From: the human T2T-CHM13v2.0 reference genome, Homo sapiens
Length of the DNA: 64,000 nucleotides
Assembly: GCF_009914755.1 (NCBI RefSeq)
Contig: NC_060929.1
Reading direction: 5' to 3' (one strand)
The notes beneath the pieces are model-generated. The model was not told the DNA's origin, made no database searches, and was given only the letters and a program-made list of their open reading frames with translations. Position numbers and translations under genes: made by a program. Of the stretch, positions 26,192 through 40,652 are shown in pieces. Position 1 is the stretch's first letter. Each line of letters opens with the position of its first letter.

Positions 26192-27763
26192 CATATAACT
26201 TCACTAGCACCTGGCTCATATAGTAGTCCCTTGACAAATTAGTTGAATGATGATCATGGTGATCATAAACTTCATCTATGCCACTGGCTCAAAAACAAGC
26301 AGTGAGAAAATCAAACGTTTGAGGATTTTTTTTTAACTACAGAAAACTGGGCCTCACTGCCTGGAGTATATAAGGTAGCTATATCCTTAAGCCAGGGTAT
26401 CCTTAAGTTTTTTTTTAAACTCTCCAGCTGATTCTAGATTTCAGGAAAACGTAACTATACCATGGAAGGAAGTCCAGGGTGAACGTGCTCCCCCCGTGTC
26501 TACCACAGAACATGGAACTCTCCAAGTGGAACCACCCAGCTGAAACTGGACATCTGCCACCACCACCGCCCCATCCTCTGACTCAGCATGAAAAGTGACA
26601 GAGGGAATATCAATATATGCAACTGTTTTAAGAATAAAAATAGAATTCACAGTCTTACTCTGAGAGTGTTATTACTTACATATTTCTTTTAAAGTTACTT
26701 TAATAATTATGTGGCTTAACAGTATAACAGTAAAAATTATACGATTTTCTGGTTTTAAACATGTTTTATGTTTAAACATATTTTTATTAAACAATTTTAC
26801 TTTCTGGATTTGTTTAAAAGAATCCATACTAGCCAGAATGTTTTATTTGCAAATAGCAACATTTTGTTTGTGCAGATGTTACTGTCATGCTACAAAAAGT
26901 AGATCCAGAGTTTTTAGTTTATGAATCAAAGCTATTAAGCAATTGGCAGCTTTTTGGAAAACAACAGCTTTGTTAAGTAGATTATTCCATTTATTTTCAC
27001 GGAAATATTTTAATTCTTCATTTCTATAAAATTTTATCCTTATAAGATGCCAACATATAACTATTTTATGAAACAGTAACACTAATTTAGAAGAAAAAAA
27101 TTGATATAAAGAAAATGTTATGTCTTTATATAAGAACTAGTTTTCTTTTAATTATATCCTTTTAATGTTTGCATTTTTTACTTCTAAAATTGAATATTAA
27201 AAGCTAATTTTAAAACAAAAAACTTAAGTAGCACCCAAAGAAATGTAAAATATTTATAATAATTATGGCGGAGGATCAATAAAAAAGAAGGCTACAAAAA
27301 AGATCAAAGGATATTAACAAGCAATTAACAAAAGAAAACATGAATGGGCAATAAACATTTAGAAATCAAAATAAATACAAAACTGAACTAAGACATTTCC
27401 CGCCCCCCAACTCTCATCAAATTCCCTTAGTATAACCAGCATGAAGATATGGTTGCTCTCATATGCTCCCAGAGTACAAATTTTACAGCCCTTCTGGAAA
27501 GCAATCTGCAACATGCGTCAAAAGCCTTAAAAATGTACCTATCTTCAGGTAGAATAAATTTACTAAATTAGGTGAATTTACGACCAAATATGCCTAAATT
27601 GTAATATTTTCTTATTTACTAAATATTTAAAGGAAAAATTATCCAAGGACAAGAGCAGTGACTACCTAAAACTTTTAAAATGTGCTGTTACTGTTTTCAT
27701 GAAACATTCAGATCTGGAAAAGAAGGTCCTCCAGCCTCTGAATATACAGACACCAGAACATAC

Positions 27764-27933
27764 CGTCCCAGGGTTGGTAACAATCATGCCTTTGCATTCT
27801 TCTGCATATTTCTGCCACTCCAGCTCCTCCCACTGAAGCATATTGGCAATCTCCTCCTCAGGCACCAGGGCTTTGCTGCACCTTAACAAGTACAGGAGAA
27901 TCTGGTGCATGGACAGCACTTCCTTTCCTCCAT
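27764..27933 (-). CDS. DROSHA: DROSHA exon, 170 nt, (D)GGKEVLSMHQILLYLLRCSKALVPEEEIANMLQWEELEWQKYAEECKGMIVTNPGT
   Basis: cccaag|AT...GGGACG|gtatgt; phase 1-0; visible inside ORF 27662..28048. Confidence 0.98.
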
Positions 27934-29139
27934 CTTGGGTGGGAATGGGAGTGGAGAGAAGGGGAAAAATAAGGCTACTCAACTTACAGCAAATCAACAA
28001 CTGAATAAGGAAAAAAACAAGACAATGGAGGAAAAAGAGCACATACAAAAAGGTAATGTAAAATTTACACTGTTTAACCAGGTGCCAAATAATATGAAAG
28101 CCATTTGTTTCATTGATGAACAGTGCTCATAAACCATCTCATTTACTAAATTGGCAACAACAACATTATAAATGATAAAAGGCTCCATTTGTGAGGTATG
28201 AATATAAAAAAGGTGCCTATCTAAATAAATTTAAAGCCACCTAGCATAAATAACCATAGTTTATAATATACAGAACCATGTTAGGTCTTAAATATTTTAT
28301 CATTCTTTCTGAGGTAACAGATGAAAGCTCTTTAGAAGTGATGTTACTGTCTTAAGGAAATTCTAAGCTTTTGTGAGATATTTATGGATGTCTTCAATAA
28401 GCTGTTGTTGCATTATGGTCTAATTTTTTGGTGCTAATGTGCTGCACCTGCCATGATGAACAGAGCTAAAGAGCCTGTGCTAATATCATGGAAGATCATT
28501 ATGGAGTTAGTACATGGAAAAAAAACCAAGTGCTCTGAGGCCTACAGAAGCATATAGCACCAAGTACAGGGGATAAAAATAACAAAGGGCATCATTCAAG
28601 TACCTTGGAAAAAGCCAATTAATCTAGTATTTGATGAACTAAAGACATCCACTTCATTTGGGCATTAATGTGGGGTCCACAGGCTTCTGCCTTCTCTTTG
28701 GACTTAACTTCTGGACCAACATGGGCAACCATTTTATATCTCTTTTCTTTGCCTACACCCAACCAAACAAAGGACAAGAGCCCTGAAGAGGACAATCATT
28801 ACCCTCTCCCAGGTTATGAGATAGGCTATGAACAGTAGTACAGGACCAAACACTTCAGGGAGAAAGAAAGGGACAAAGAGCACAAGATGGCAGCAATGGG
28901 ATGGCACAAAAGAGAGTGTCCTCCTTGGTCAGAGGAATTAGTGGCACCCAGTTTGAGTCTGGTGCACTAAACAAGTTTAATGTGAATTGCTGTGGGCTAA
29001 GAACTTAAACAAGACTGCATGTCTGAGAGAAAAGAGAGAAAATATCAACATTTCTGTGTGAGCTGTGTTCCTCCATCTGAGATGTTACTCTGGAACTAGA
29101 CCACATTGCTGTTCTACAGCCAATATATATGTAGGCATG

Positions 29140-29650
29140 CATTCACTCATTCATCCAAATATTCATTCATTCAACAAATATTTATTGAGTGCCTTTTATG
29201 TAACAGCCACCGTTCTAGGCCCTGAGAACACAGCAATGATGGAAACAGCCAAAGCCTTGCCTTCCTGAAGCTTCTACTGCAGTAGAAAGAGACAATATAA
29301 AAGAGCTACATAAAAGATCAGGCTGAGGTGAGTGCTACAAAGAAGAATCAAACAGGACAAGGAACTAGAGTTGTATCTAAAAGGATGGATAAGAAAGGAA
29401 TCTTCTAAGAGGTTTCACGTAGGCAAAACTTGAAAGGAGCAAGGGAGGCTACCATGCAGCAGTCTGGAAGAGGAGAAGAAAGAGCAAATGCCCTAAGGTG
29501 GAGTGGAACTGTTGTGCCTAGGAACTGCAAAGAGGCCACTGTGGATGGTGTGAAGTCAGAAGAATGTGAGAGAGGCAGCAGGGAAGTCAGATCTTACAAA
29601 GCTTTACCGCTCATTAAGAGCTCTGGAGTTGACTCTGAGATGGGAGCATG
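29140..29650 (-). mobile_element. L2 3' region
   Basis: cattcattcaacaaatatttattgagtgcc is the reverse complement of the L2 tail. Confidence 0.8.
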
Positions 29651-30013
29651 TTTTTCGCCATATGTGCCATGCACTGTGAGTGGTCCCATGTCAGTATCAC
29701 TAGGGAAAAAAATGCCACAAGCTCTAGGCGCTCAGGAAGCACATAGGCTAATAATGATTGATCACAATGGTTCCTAAATGAATCTTTGTAGATAACACTC
29801 AGAAAATAAAGTTCTTTTAATCAAAGTTCTAAAGACACTGTGCTTCTAAAAAATAATAATGATTGTCCAAGAAGTGACAAAGTCACAAAATACATCAACC
29901 CACATTAAGATATGTTATATCTACTAATTCGTAGCAGTGACTTTTTTTTATGCCTCATTACAAAGCAACTGCCTTAAATGCAAAAGTCATCAGTAATAAG
30001 CTAACTTCCATAG

Positions 30014-30689
<676 letters not shown>

Positions 30690-30737
30690 CATAGCTAGGG
30701 GCATATTTCTCCAAGTCAGTCTCAAAACACATTTCCA

Positions 30738-31041
30738 CCTGGGCATGGTGGCTCACGCCTGTAATCCCAGCACTTTGAGGGGCCAAGGTGAGCAGACTGC
30801 TTGAGCTCAGGAGTTCAAGGCTAGCCTGGGCAGCATGGCAAAACCCCTCTCTACAAAAAAATACAAAAATTAGCCAGGCATGGTGGTACACACTGGTGGT
30901 CCCAGCTGCTCAGGAGGCTGAGGTGGGAGGATCACCTGAGCCCTGAAGGTTGAGGCTGCAGTGAGCCGTAACTGTGCCACTTCACTCCAACCTGGAGAAC
31001 AAAGTAAGACCCTGTCTCAAAAAATAAAATAAAATAATAAA
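30738..31041 (+). mobile_element. AluJ-like
   Basis: Dimer; AAAACACATT on both sides. Confidence 0.9.
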
Positions 31042-31783
31042 AACACATTCCAATCCACCTGCTTGTGACATGTGTTCCTCAATCAGTAATGTTCCTCTCT
31101 TTGCTAAGGAGCCCAGCAAACCCACAATACCTGTCTCTCAGTCTGAGTCCATGATAATCACCAATTTTCTAAGGGGACTGAGGTGAACAGGTGGATGAGA
31201 AAATTCTAATGCCAGAATACGTTGTCTATACACTTCACATGCATACACACAGAACAGCAGGAATAAAGGAAACCTAGAGAACCTTGGAAAGAACTGCCAC
31301 ACTAACTAGGTTCACTAGGAACTAAGGAAAGAAGAAAATAGTTTTTGGCTTATAATGCCTATACTTGGTGAGATTACTTAAGAGTACCAGGGACTTTAAG
31401 GACACAATAGGGGTCTAAAATACCGTAAGAAGGAGCAGAATGTTGCTTTGTGTAAGAATTAGAAAAAAGATTCATATTTTCATGGAGGGAGAGGAGGATG
31501 ACGGAGGGAGTAAATATACACAGGTCCAGGTATATAAAACAGCACTACAATCTCCACACATACATTTACAGCTGCCTGACTCCATGGCACTTCAGATAAA
31601 AGGGAAATGGACTGGGGAGAGCAAATTTAATGTGAAAAGACTTTTAAAAGAGCTAGTGGGAGAGAGGAATACTTAAGACTACAAACCAAGACTCACTTAA
31701 AGGCTTCATTTCTGTAGAAAATGATTAGTATAGATACTGTCCAATTTAGGAAAGGCACAACTAGATTAAGAAATAAGGCCATT

Positions 31784-32082
31784 GGCCGGGTGGGGTAGCT
31801 CACGCCTGTAATCCCAGCACTTTGGGAGGCCAAGGTGGGTGGATCACCTGAGGTCAGGAGTTCGAGACCACCCTGGCCAACGTGGCAAAACCCTGTCTCT
31901 ATTAAAAATACAAAAATCAGCCAGTCATGGTGGCAGACTCCTGTAATCCCAGCTACTCAGGAGGCTGGGGCAGGAGAATCGCTTGAATCTGGGAGGCAGG
32001 GATTGCTGTAAGCCGAGACTGTGCCACTGCACTCCAGCCTGGGTGACAGGGTGAGACTCTCTATCAAAGAAAGAAAGAAAGA
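31784..32082 (+). mobile_element. AluS with GAAA tail
   Basis: Dimer. Confidence 0.92.
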
Positions 32083-33906
32083 AGATCACAAGGTGCTTAT
32101 AAGAATGCCAGTTATCCACCTTCTTATTTAGGTACAACGCTAATGATGAGGCAGAAGCGAGTCACATAGCAGCATAGAAACAAGACATAATTAAAAATAT
32201 ACATATACACACATCAGGTGCAAAGTTAACAACACTGAAGGAGAAACCACAAATCCATGTTGAAATCTGCTGAATATTTTAAATGGCAACTAAACCTTAA
32301 AGAGATTTTATTTACCACTGTAAAAAAGTAGAAACTCAGGGCAGATAACCTGAGGTGAAAGGTATCTCAAGGAAGGGGGATTGAGACTCTGCTCCCTGTC
32401 TGGTTTTGGGGCTCGATTTCCATGGAAAGGTAAGAGGAGATCCATAAATTAGAGACTCCTGCCAGAGCCCACAGGGCATGGGCTATATCTCTCACACCCA
32501 GCCTGGCAAAAAGACACTCCATAAACATTTGTGGAATGACTTTCTAAAGCAGACTAATAACTTGGCCACTCGCACTCAGGCTGCCATGAATTCACTAATG
32601 TTAATGAATTGGCTCTTTTGGTTTGTCTGCCTTGCCACTTGTTTATGTTGGGGATTTATGGAGCCATGTCACTGAGGGCTAGGAAGTAATTTTTATCTTG
32701 TTGGCTGAAATAAATAGGACATGATATAAATGAGAAATGAGAGCGGGTAAGCTAAGGTTAGCAGGAATTCCGCCAACTCTGGGACTGGAACTGTGACAAC
32801 AGCTCATTATTCGGGAAGAACTGGAGTTTGTGTTTCAGGGAATGAATCTGGACAGTCATTAATGAACTGACAGACTTTATAAACTGTTTCTTAGAGACCC
32901 AATTCTCTCAGTTTATATTGCTTGATTATTTATATGGTTATTTGGGGAGGGGGTAATTTGTTAGAGAATCTGTATTAAGAATATGGCTGCTTATAAGAGT
33001 ATTTCTCAACTGTTAGTACTCAACTTTAAGAAATACAAAAATATTATCCCCTTTCTCTACACTGACAGTAACTGTATGACTGCGTTTCTGTGTCTTCTGG
33101 ATATTCCTGCTGAGACATCCTAATAATCTTATTTTCTAAAATACGTATTAACAAGTCTTTTCTAAATTTTCCAAATGTATATTAAGTTGTGGTACTAATA
33201 GATGGTTTTGCAAACTACACTTGCCTCCTGGAAATTTTGCAATACTCTCCCACCTCCTGGCCCCCTGCCAGCCACACCTGAGAACTACTGCTCCAGATGG
33301 GGCAATTTCAAAGAATCAATTTTCTAGACAGTCAATTTGCAAAACTGATTCAGGATTTGCAATGCTTTACTAGGGCAGTAATATAAGCAATGAGTAGGCT
33401 TTCCCCTAAGTGTGATCTCACTATCTTGAATCACGACCTACCTTTGCCCCAGTTACACTCAGAATAAAACCTTATACTCAGTCTAGTTCATATCAACTAT
33501 TTTGCGACCAAAGGTAGAGAGTGGGATAGGAAAGAAACAAAAATTTGAGAAAAAATTTTAAATCTCAATAAACTGATTGCTCTATGATTTGGTTTCTGGT
33601 AAACTGGTCAACATTGAATAATCCTTGGTTTAAACTATCAAGCTTACTTTTGGGTAAAGTTGTATAAAGCAACTGGGACAGCTATCTTCAAAAGGGATAA
33701 ACTGAAGAATTAGAGAAATATGATGATGACTTATAAAACTTGAATTTTCAGTTAGATATTATAATAAACTGACATAAACAAAAAGCAAGTCAGAATGAGA
33801 AAACCATAAAATACCTGAAAAATGCGGAAAGTTACTCATTCTCAAAGAAGTTCAAGAAACATGCAAATAGTAACATCAGACTTTTCGCTTATCAGATGGA
33901 CTAAAC

Positions 33907-34125
33907 CAGGAATGTCCAATCTTTCAGCTTCCCTGGGCCACAGTGGAAGAATTGTCTTGGGCCACACATAAAATACACTGACACTAACGACAGCTGATGA
34001 GATTAAAAAGAAAAATCCAAAAAAAACTCAAAATGTTTTACGAAAGTTTACGAATTTGTGATGGGCCACATTCAAAGCCGTCCTGGGCCATATGTGGCCC
34101 ATGGGCTGTGGGTTGGACAAGCTTG
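33907..34125. mobile_element. MER30 hAT MITE
   Basis: cagg..tgtccaatc...ggttggacaagcttg with perfect 8-bp TSD GACTAAAC (33899-33906 / 34126-34133). Confidence 0.9.
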
Positions 34126-34155
34126 GACTAAACTGTAAAAGACTAGTAACATCCT

Positions 34156-34443
<288 letters not shown>

Positions 34444-35059
34444 GACTAGTAACATCCAGTATTGGCAGGTGTATAGAAAAAGAGTACTTTCTGTTGGTCA
34501 GAAAGAGTACTGTTGGTCAGAACTACAAATTGGTATGTCCTTTCTAGAGAAAACTTGGCCAACATCATTCTGAATTTAAAATGTACATACTATCTTAACA
34601 CATAATTTCACTACTAGAACTCTACCTTACAGAAACAAACAAATGCAACAGGATAGACACAGACTATTTCTGAAGCATTTATACAAAATGGGGAAACAAT
34701 GGAGAACTCCAGAATATTTGTCACCATAGGAATTATAAACAAATTAATGTCCATCCATACTATAAAATGCTAAGTATGCATCAAAGAATGAAGCAAAGCA
34801 TTTACAGTACAGAGAATGCCTGAAGTATCTGAGTTTAAAAAAAAAAGGAAGTTGTGTAACATATTGTTATTCCACTTGAAGAAAAAAAGCATAATTCTCC
34901 TTAAAGCAGTTAAAACAATACAAATCAAGCCATTTACAGCATTTACCCATTTTCACATGTTCAGAAGGAAGTGTTCACTGTTTTTACTTTACATACTTTT
35001 GTATTGTTTGTATACACACACATACACACAGAGTCAACTCAATCAAAAGCAAAAGCAAC

Positions 35060-35878
35060 ACTTCAATTTTCTAAAGAAAGAAATTGTTCTTTTCAATAAA
35101 TGGTGCTGGGTCAATTGGATACCCACGTTGAAAATACTGAGTTTTGACCCATATCTCATACGAATTGTGAAAACAAATTCAAGACTGATTACAGCTCTAA
35201 AAGTGAAGAAAATATAAGTGAGTATCTTGACTTTAGGGTAGGCGAAAATTTCATAAATATGATACAAAAAGCTCTAATCATAAAGGAATATATATCTATA
35301 AATTGGACTACATAAAAATTAAGAATTTCTATTCAACAAAAATCATCAAGAAGATCAAAAAGCAATCTACAGAGAAGGTATTAGATATATATATATTCAT
35401 GACATTTATATTCATGTTCTATATTCACTATATATAACATATATTCACTATATATCTGTATCTGTATATTTGAATAGCATATGTACGTTCACCAAAGACA
35501 TGTACGTGTTGTTTAGTGAGCATATATACATATTTTTCTGTTACATATATACCATACCAGGTGGAATTCTGGCTGTGTGTATATTAAGCTTTGTAGACAC
35601 TTTCAGTTCTCCAAAGTGACTGTACTGTTTTACCTTCTCATTAACAGTGTATGAAAATTCAAGTTATTTCACATTCTCACCACTTGGCATTTATTTTTTC
35701 TTTGTCAATTTAGCCATTCTGATGTGTGTTCAGAAGTATCACATTGTGATTTTAATTTGCATTCTCCTAATGACTAATAAAATGGAGCACTATTTCATAT
35801 ATTTATTAGGTACCTAGATAGTGTTTTTTTTAAAGTGCTCATTCAAGTCTTTTGCCCGTTTTTCTATTGGCAATGTCA

Positions 35879-35912
<34 letters not shown>

Positions 35913-36330
35913 TGAAAATACTCAAATGTCCATTAATCATAGATAGGTTTATTTTAATTTAGTCATCCCATATAATACTATATAGTAGTGAGAATGAGCC
36001 AACTACAGTTAAGTGCAACAGGATATGATTCTGAAATACATTAAACAAAAGACAGAAGCAAAACAGAATATAAAATTCTAGTTTTTATAGTTCAAAAACA
36101 GGTAAAACTAATACATGGTGTTTCAAGTCAGAATAGCGGTTACCCTTGAGGGTCTCAGCAGCGACTGGAAAGGGGTCCGAAGGGGGTTCTTGGAAGCTAC
36201 TAATCTTGATCTGGGTGCTGGGTGGATGGTCATATTCACTTTGTAAAAACTCACTAAGGTCCTATATTCATGATCCATGCACTTTTCAGTATTTATGTTA
36301 TAGTTCAACCAAAAGTTTACTTTATAAAAA
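35060..36330 (+). mobile_element. Old L1 (L1ME-like) 3' region with an inverted internal segment (about 35505-35880)
   Basis: ttcaataaatggtgctggg...; reverse L1 motif attttaatttgcattctcctaatgactaat; plus-strand L1 resumes at about 35912. Confidence 0.7.
35880..35911. repeat. (TA)16 microsatellite
   Basis: Direct reading. Confidence 0.95.
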
Positions 36331-38520
36331 TGAGAGATAATACCAAAGACTATTTGAAAAGCACACTCACTAGTAACCAAAAACATGAATACTTAGATAA
36401 GGCATTATTATGACCAATTAAATAAAATCAGTAAACAAGCATTTACTGAGTCCCTGCTATGTGCCATGAAGTATGTTAGCACTAGTGATACAACAAGACA
36501 GACAAATGTTTACTCTTCAGCCTCATGGAACTCACCACTGAAATTTTTTAAAAGGAAGAAAGAAAGGAGAGAAGGAAGATGGGAAAGGCAAAATGCTAAA
36601 AATGAATAATAATGCATTTTTCATGGCAGCACAAACTGATGTTATTCTTTTGACAAGAAATTTGGCACTATATATCACAATCTTTAAAAATATCCATCTG
36701 CTCAATGAATTATTAAAAAATAGATGCAAATCATATACTAGTAGATGACAACTGCGTAAAAAAAACCCTTCTGCACAGAAAAAATGAAAATATATATCAA
36801 AATGTTTTTTTTAATTCACCATTTTCTAAAAGATCTTTAACAAAGTCACATTATGAATAACAAATCAACCGTAATTTCCTATCTAATACCAAAATGCATT
36901 TTATACATCAGGTATTTTTCTGTATCCTTCGGGGTCTTCTTAGTATGTATATTTTCAAAGGGGAGTCTAATGAAAAGGTAAACCCTGTTTAAAAACAAAT
37001 CAATAGACCTTTTTCTTTATGACAACCTAAATGTTATCCCCACATAGTTACGTGAGAGTTGAAATCTCACAAAGTAAATATCCAACAGCAGATTTTTCTT
37101 TAAGGTGATTTTAAAACTGCCCACTTTCTCTCAGACATCTGTTTGGTCATAAAACGCCTACAGGAAAGTAGATATAGAAAGGAAAAGGCTTTTCAGCAAA
37201 TTCACTCTAACACCATTTTCTAATAAGTTTACTGCTGAAGCTCCATTCTAAAATCAAAAGATTCATTCACCAGAAGAGAAGAAACGGCATCTCAATAAAA
37301 CAAAACCAGATATAAAAAGGAGAAAAGCCTTTGAATGCATTTCTAAACAAAATAAACATGAACAGTAATACTAAAAATCTGAGTAATGCTAACCTAAAAT
37401 AAACTAAGCCATTTTGACTGCCTGGACTGAGGAAAGAGTATCAGGAAAAAATCTTGAGAAAAATCTAAACCAGACAGAGTAGACAAGAAACTAAAGCCAC
37501 ACAAGAGGAGTCAAAGAGACAGGAGGAAAGTAAGGAGCACCCAGGCACCAGAGCAGGGAAGAGACTAACACTGAGGCACATCCTCTGCACTTGGTCTGTA
37601 GGAGGCTGCCTCTGGCATCGGCAGCTGCAGTGGGCTAGGGACAGTTAGAGAGGGTCTGGCACTGAAGCAAAACTTGGCTGTGAATGGACAAGGGCACTGG
37701 AGGAAGCCAGACTCCGACAGGCTCACTGCAGGGCTCTCAGGCATGAGGGAGACAAGGGCTCCTGCCCAAGGGAGACAGGGGCTTCTGCCCATGGGAAGAC
37801 AGGAGGCATAAGGAGGACAGCACAAACACAGCACTGAAATTCTTTAACTGCTGATATTGGGTGGAAAGGTTACACGAAGAAAAGCTCCCCAACCAAGATT
37901 ATAGACCACAGATTTATAGCAGCAGCTATGTTTTACTCTTCAGTATTACTGAGTGGCCCATATATAGAAGAAAAGGCAAGCAGTTGGATTGATGACATTA
38001 ACTCGGAGATGATGGCCATACAGGCAGCTAAGACAGCTAGAACTGACAGGGTAAACATCAGAGCACAGGACCTGGTGGGGAAGGCAAAGGAAAGTAGCCA
38101 TACATAAGGAGAAGAGGGAAGATCCAAGTAGATGCAAAGGCAATAGGGACATGAGAGGCTAGACTGAAGGATGTCACCAGAAAGTGAGATAATGGAGTCA
38201 AATTCTAGGGAGAAATTAATGTAGGTTGGTGGCATGGTCCAAGGTTTTATCTTAAGATTAAGCGGCTGAGTGGTGACAATCCTTACAGTAGAAAAAGTCA
38301 AATAATTATATAGCTCAGGGTAGAATGGTAAGTGAAGTTCACCAGGCTGGTAACAGAACCTTGTGGAGAGAGGAAACTGTAAGCCAGGTTTCACAGCATT
38401 TGATAAAGCAGGTAATTGACTAGGAAATAAATAAAGAAGGAGTGGGAATAGGGTGCCAGAAGCCTCAAGGAGAAAGATTTTGCAAACAAAAAGGCAACCA
38501 AAAGATTTCATTAAAAATAC

Positions 38521-38660
38521 TTTTTTTTTTTTTTAATTTTTAGAGATAGGGCCTTGCCATGTTGCTCAAGCTGGTCTCAAACCCTCACTGGGCTCAAGCG
38601 ATCCTTCCTTCTCAGCCTCCCAAATAGCTGAGACTATAGGTACATGTCACTAAACTGACT
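38521..38660 (-). mobile_element. FLAM-like Alu monomer
   Basis: Poly(T) followed by reverse monomer. Confidence 0.75.
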
Positions 38661-39258
38661 CCAAGCATTTTTAAAAACACTAAATATAATGCCAAATATT
38701 ACAGGTGGATTCTTTTTAAAAAATTAGAAAACAGTTAAAATATTGCTTTAAAAAACTGTCATATATTTCCCTATATTTTATTGGGAGAAAAAATTATTTT
38801 ATACCTTTTTTTCACTGTAAAATGAATTCAAGCACATGTCAAAAGATAAGAAAAAATCACTATAATCCTACTACCTTAATGTAACTATTATTACAGTAAT
38901 TTTTTCAGCAGTTATAATCATATTGCATTTAAATTTTTTTATTGTTTTCCAATTAGCCATATGCATTTTTTAAGCCACAATCATTTCTCCACATTAACAC
39001 ACCCGCATGATATTTTGTCAAGTAGATTTCTAAAATTTATAAATCTGTTCTTCCATTGTTCATCTAATTTGGACTACCATAATTTATGCAGGGATATAAA
39101 TCCACATGTATAATTTTACATTTCCGTGCCTAACCTGAGAAGTAGATAATTAACAGTATCGAAGGTGGGAAAGTTGTCCCTGAAGACTGAAAGGAAAATG
39201 GCAAGCTTATTTTCAGATGCACTATCTCACCAGGTCACTGACAAGCCAGAAGATTTAC

Positions 39259-39333
39259 CTGGAAGAAATCTTACAAAACGTGGCATGAAATGAAATCTTG
39301 GGCAGCAGGGAGGGCTGTCTTCAAACAAAGGAC
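39259..39333 (-). CDS. DROSHA: DROSHA exon, 75 nt, (G)PLFEDSPPCCPRFHFMPRFVRFLP(D)
   Basis: cttcag|GT...TTCCAG|gtaaat; phase 1-1. Confidence 0.97.
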
Positions 39334-39791
39334 CTGAAGCAAACAAATGAGAAAAAAAAAAAAAAGAAAACTCAGTCTTAAAAAACAAGCACTGCAACTT
39401 AATTTCTAAGATTTATGATAACCACAAAAACTACCACCAGAAGTAGAGGCATAAAAATTACCACCACCTCCTGCCACTCCTCCTCAGTGGCTAAATCAAT
39501 CATTGGTAACTGCCACAAGCACCCAAGGAAGACTGCAATGAGGAGACTACAGGAAGGCAAGAAGAAGATGAAAGCCCCAAGTAGCAAATACATACAGTAA
39601 AATTATTTTTAAAATTCAAAACTATCAAGACTTATTATAATTGAATTATTGCATGATATAATGTGACTATGTGTTCATTCTTTCCCATTTTAATCACTAC
39701 ACTAAAAAAAAAATGTTGAGAAATGCTATCAGTTTGAAAAGCCATTCACCAATAAATAAGTAACTGTTTGCTAGAATACGGATACTTCCAA

Positions 39792-40166
<375 letters not shown>

Positions 40167-40570
40167 CTAAGTGTCTGCGTGTGTGCATGTGTGTGTGTGT
40201 GTGTTTTAATGACTAACCAAAGTTTTGCATCTTAGAAGATTTATTACAGCAAAGTTTACTAGATTTAAAATATTAACTAATGGTAATTTCCCAGGTACAC
40301 ATATATCAAGGTAGCTACACATAATAACTGGTACCATCTTCAAGCCGCTACCAGCTAATAATAAGCCCTGTCAAACTGTATAAAGTAAAATCCATAGAAA
40401 CTTATTCATGTCAAATGATAACAAGCATTCCTGTGAATAACACTTTTCTCTGGGTATTTAAAAAATAAGAGAAATTTCAACTATCTCCCTACAACTTTTA
40501 TAAGAGTTTTCACATATACCATAATGTTCTTCCATAAACACTACTCTCTTCTTTAAATCCTATTACTTAC

Positions 40571-40652
40571 CTTTAAGATTCCAGTCATATAATTCCAAAA
40601 TATCTCTGAATAGGAACAGTGAAAAGAGTTCAAGCCCTTTCACACAAAAATT
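40571..40652 (-). CDS. DROSHA: DROSHA exon, 82 nt, NFCVKGLELFSLFLFRDILELYDWNLK(G)
   Basis: tttcag|AAT...TTAAAG|gtaagt; phase 0-1. Confidence 0.97.

Noticed and set aside
27934-27965. Acceptor pyrimidine tract resembling the Y3 loop (ctccactcccat)
   Set aside because: Short low-complexity match, likely coincidental.
37933-38511. Longest ORF in the track (192 aa, minus strand)
   Set aside because: L/S/F/P-rich translation of pyrimidine-biased, probably L2-derived sequence; no recognisable domain or link to DROSHA exons.
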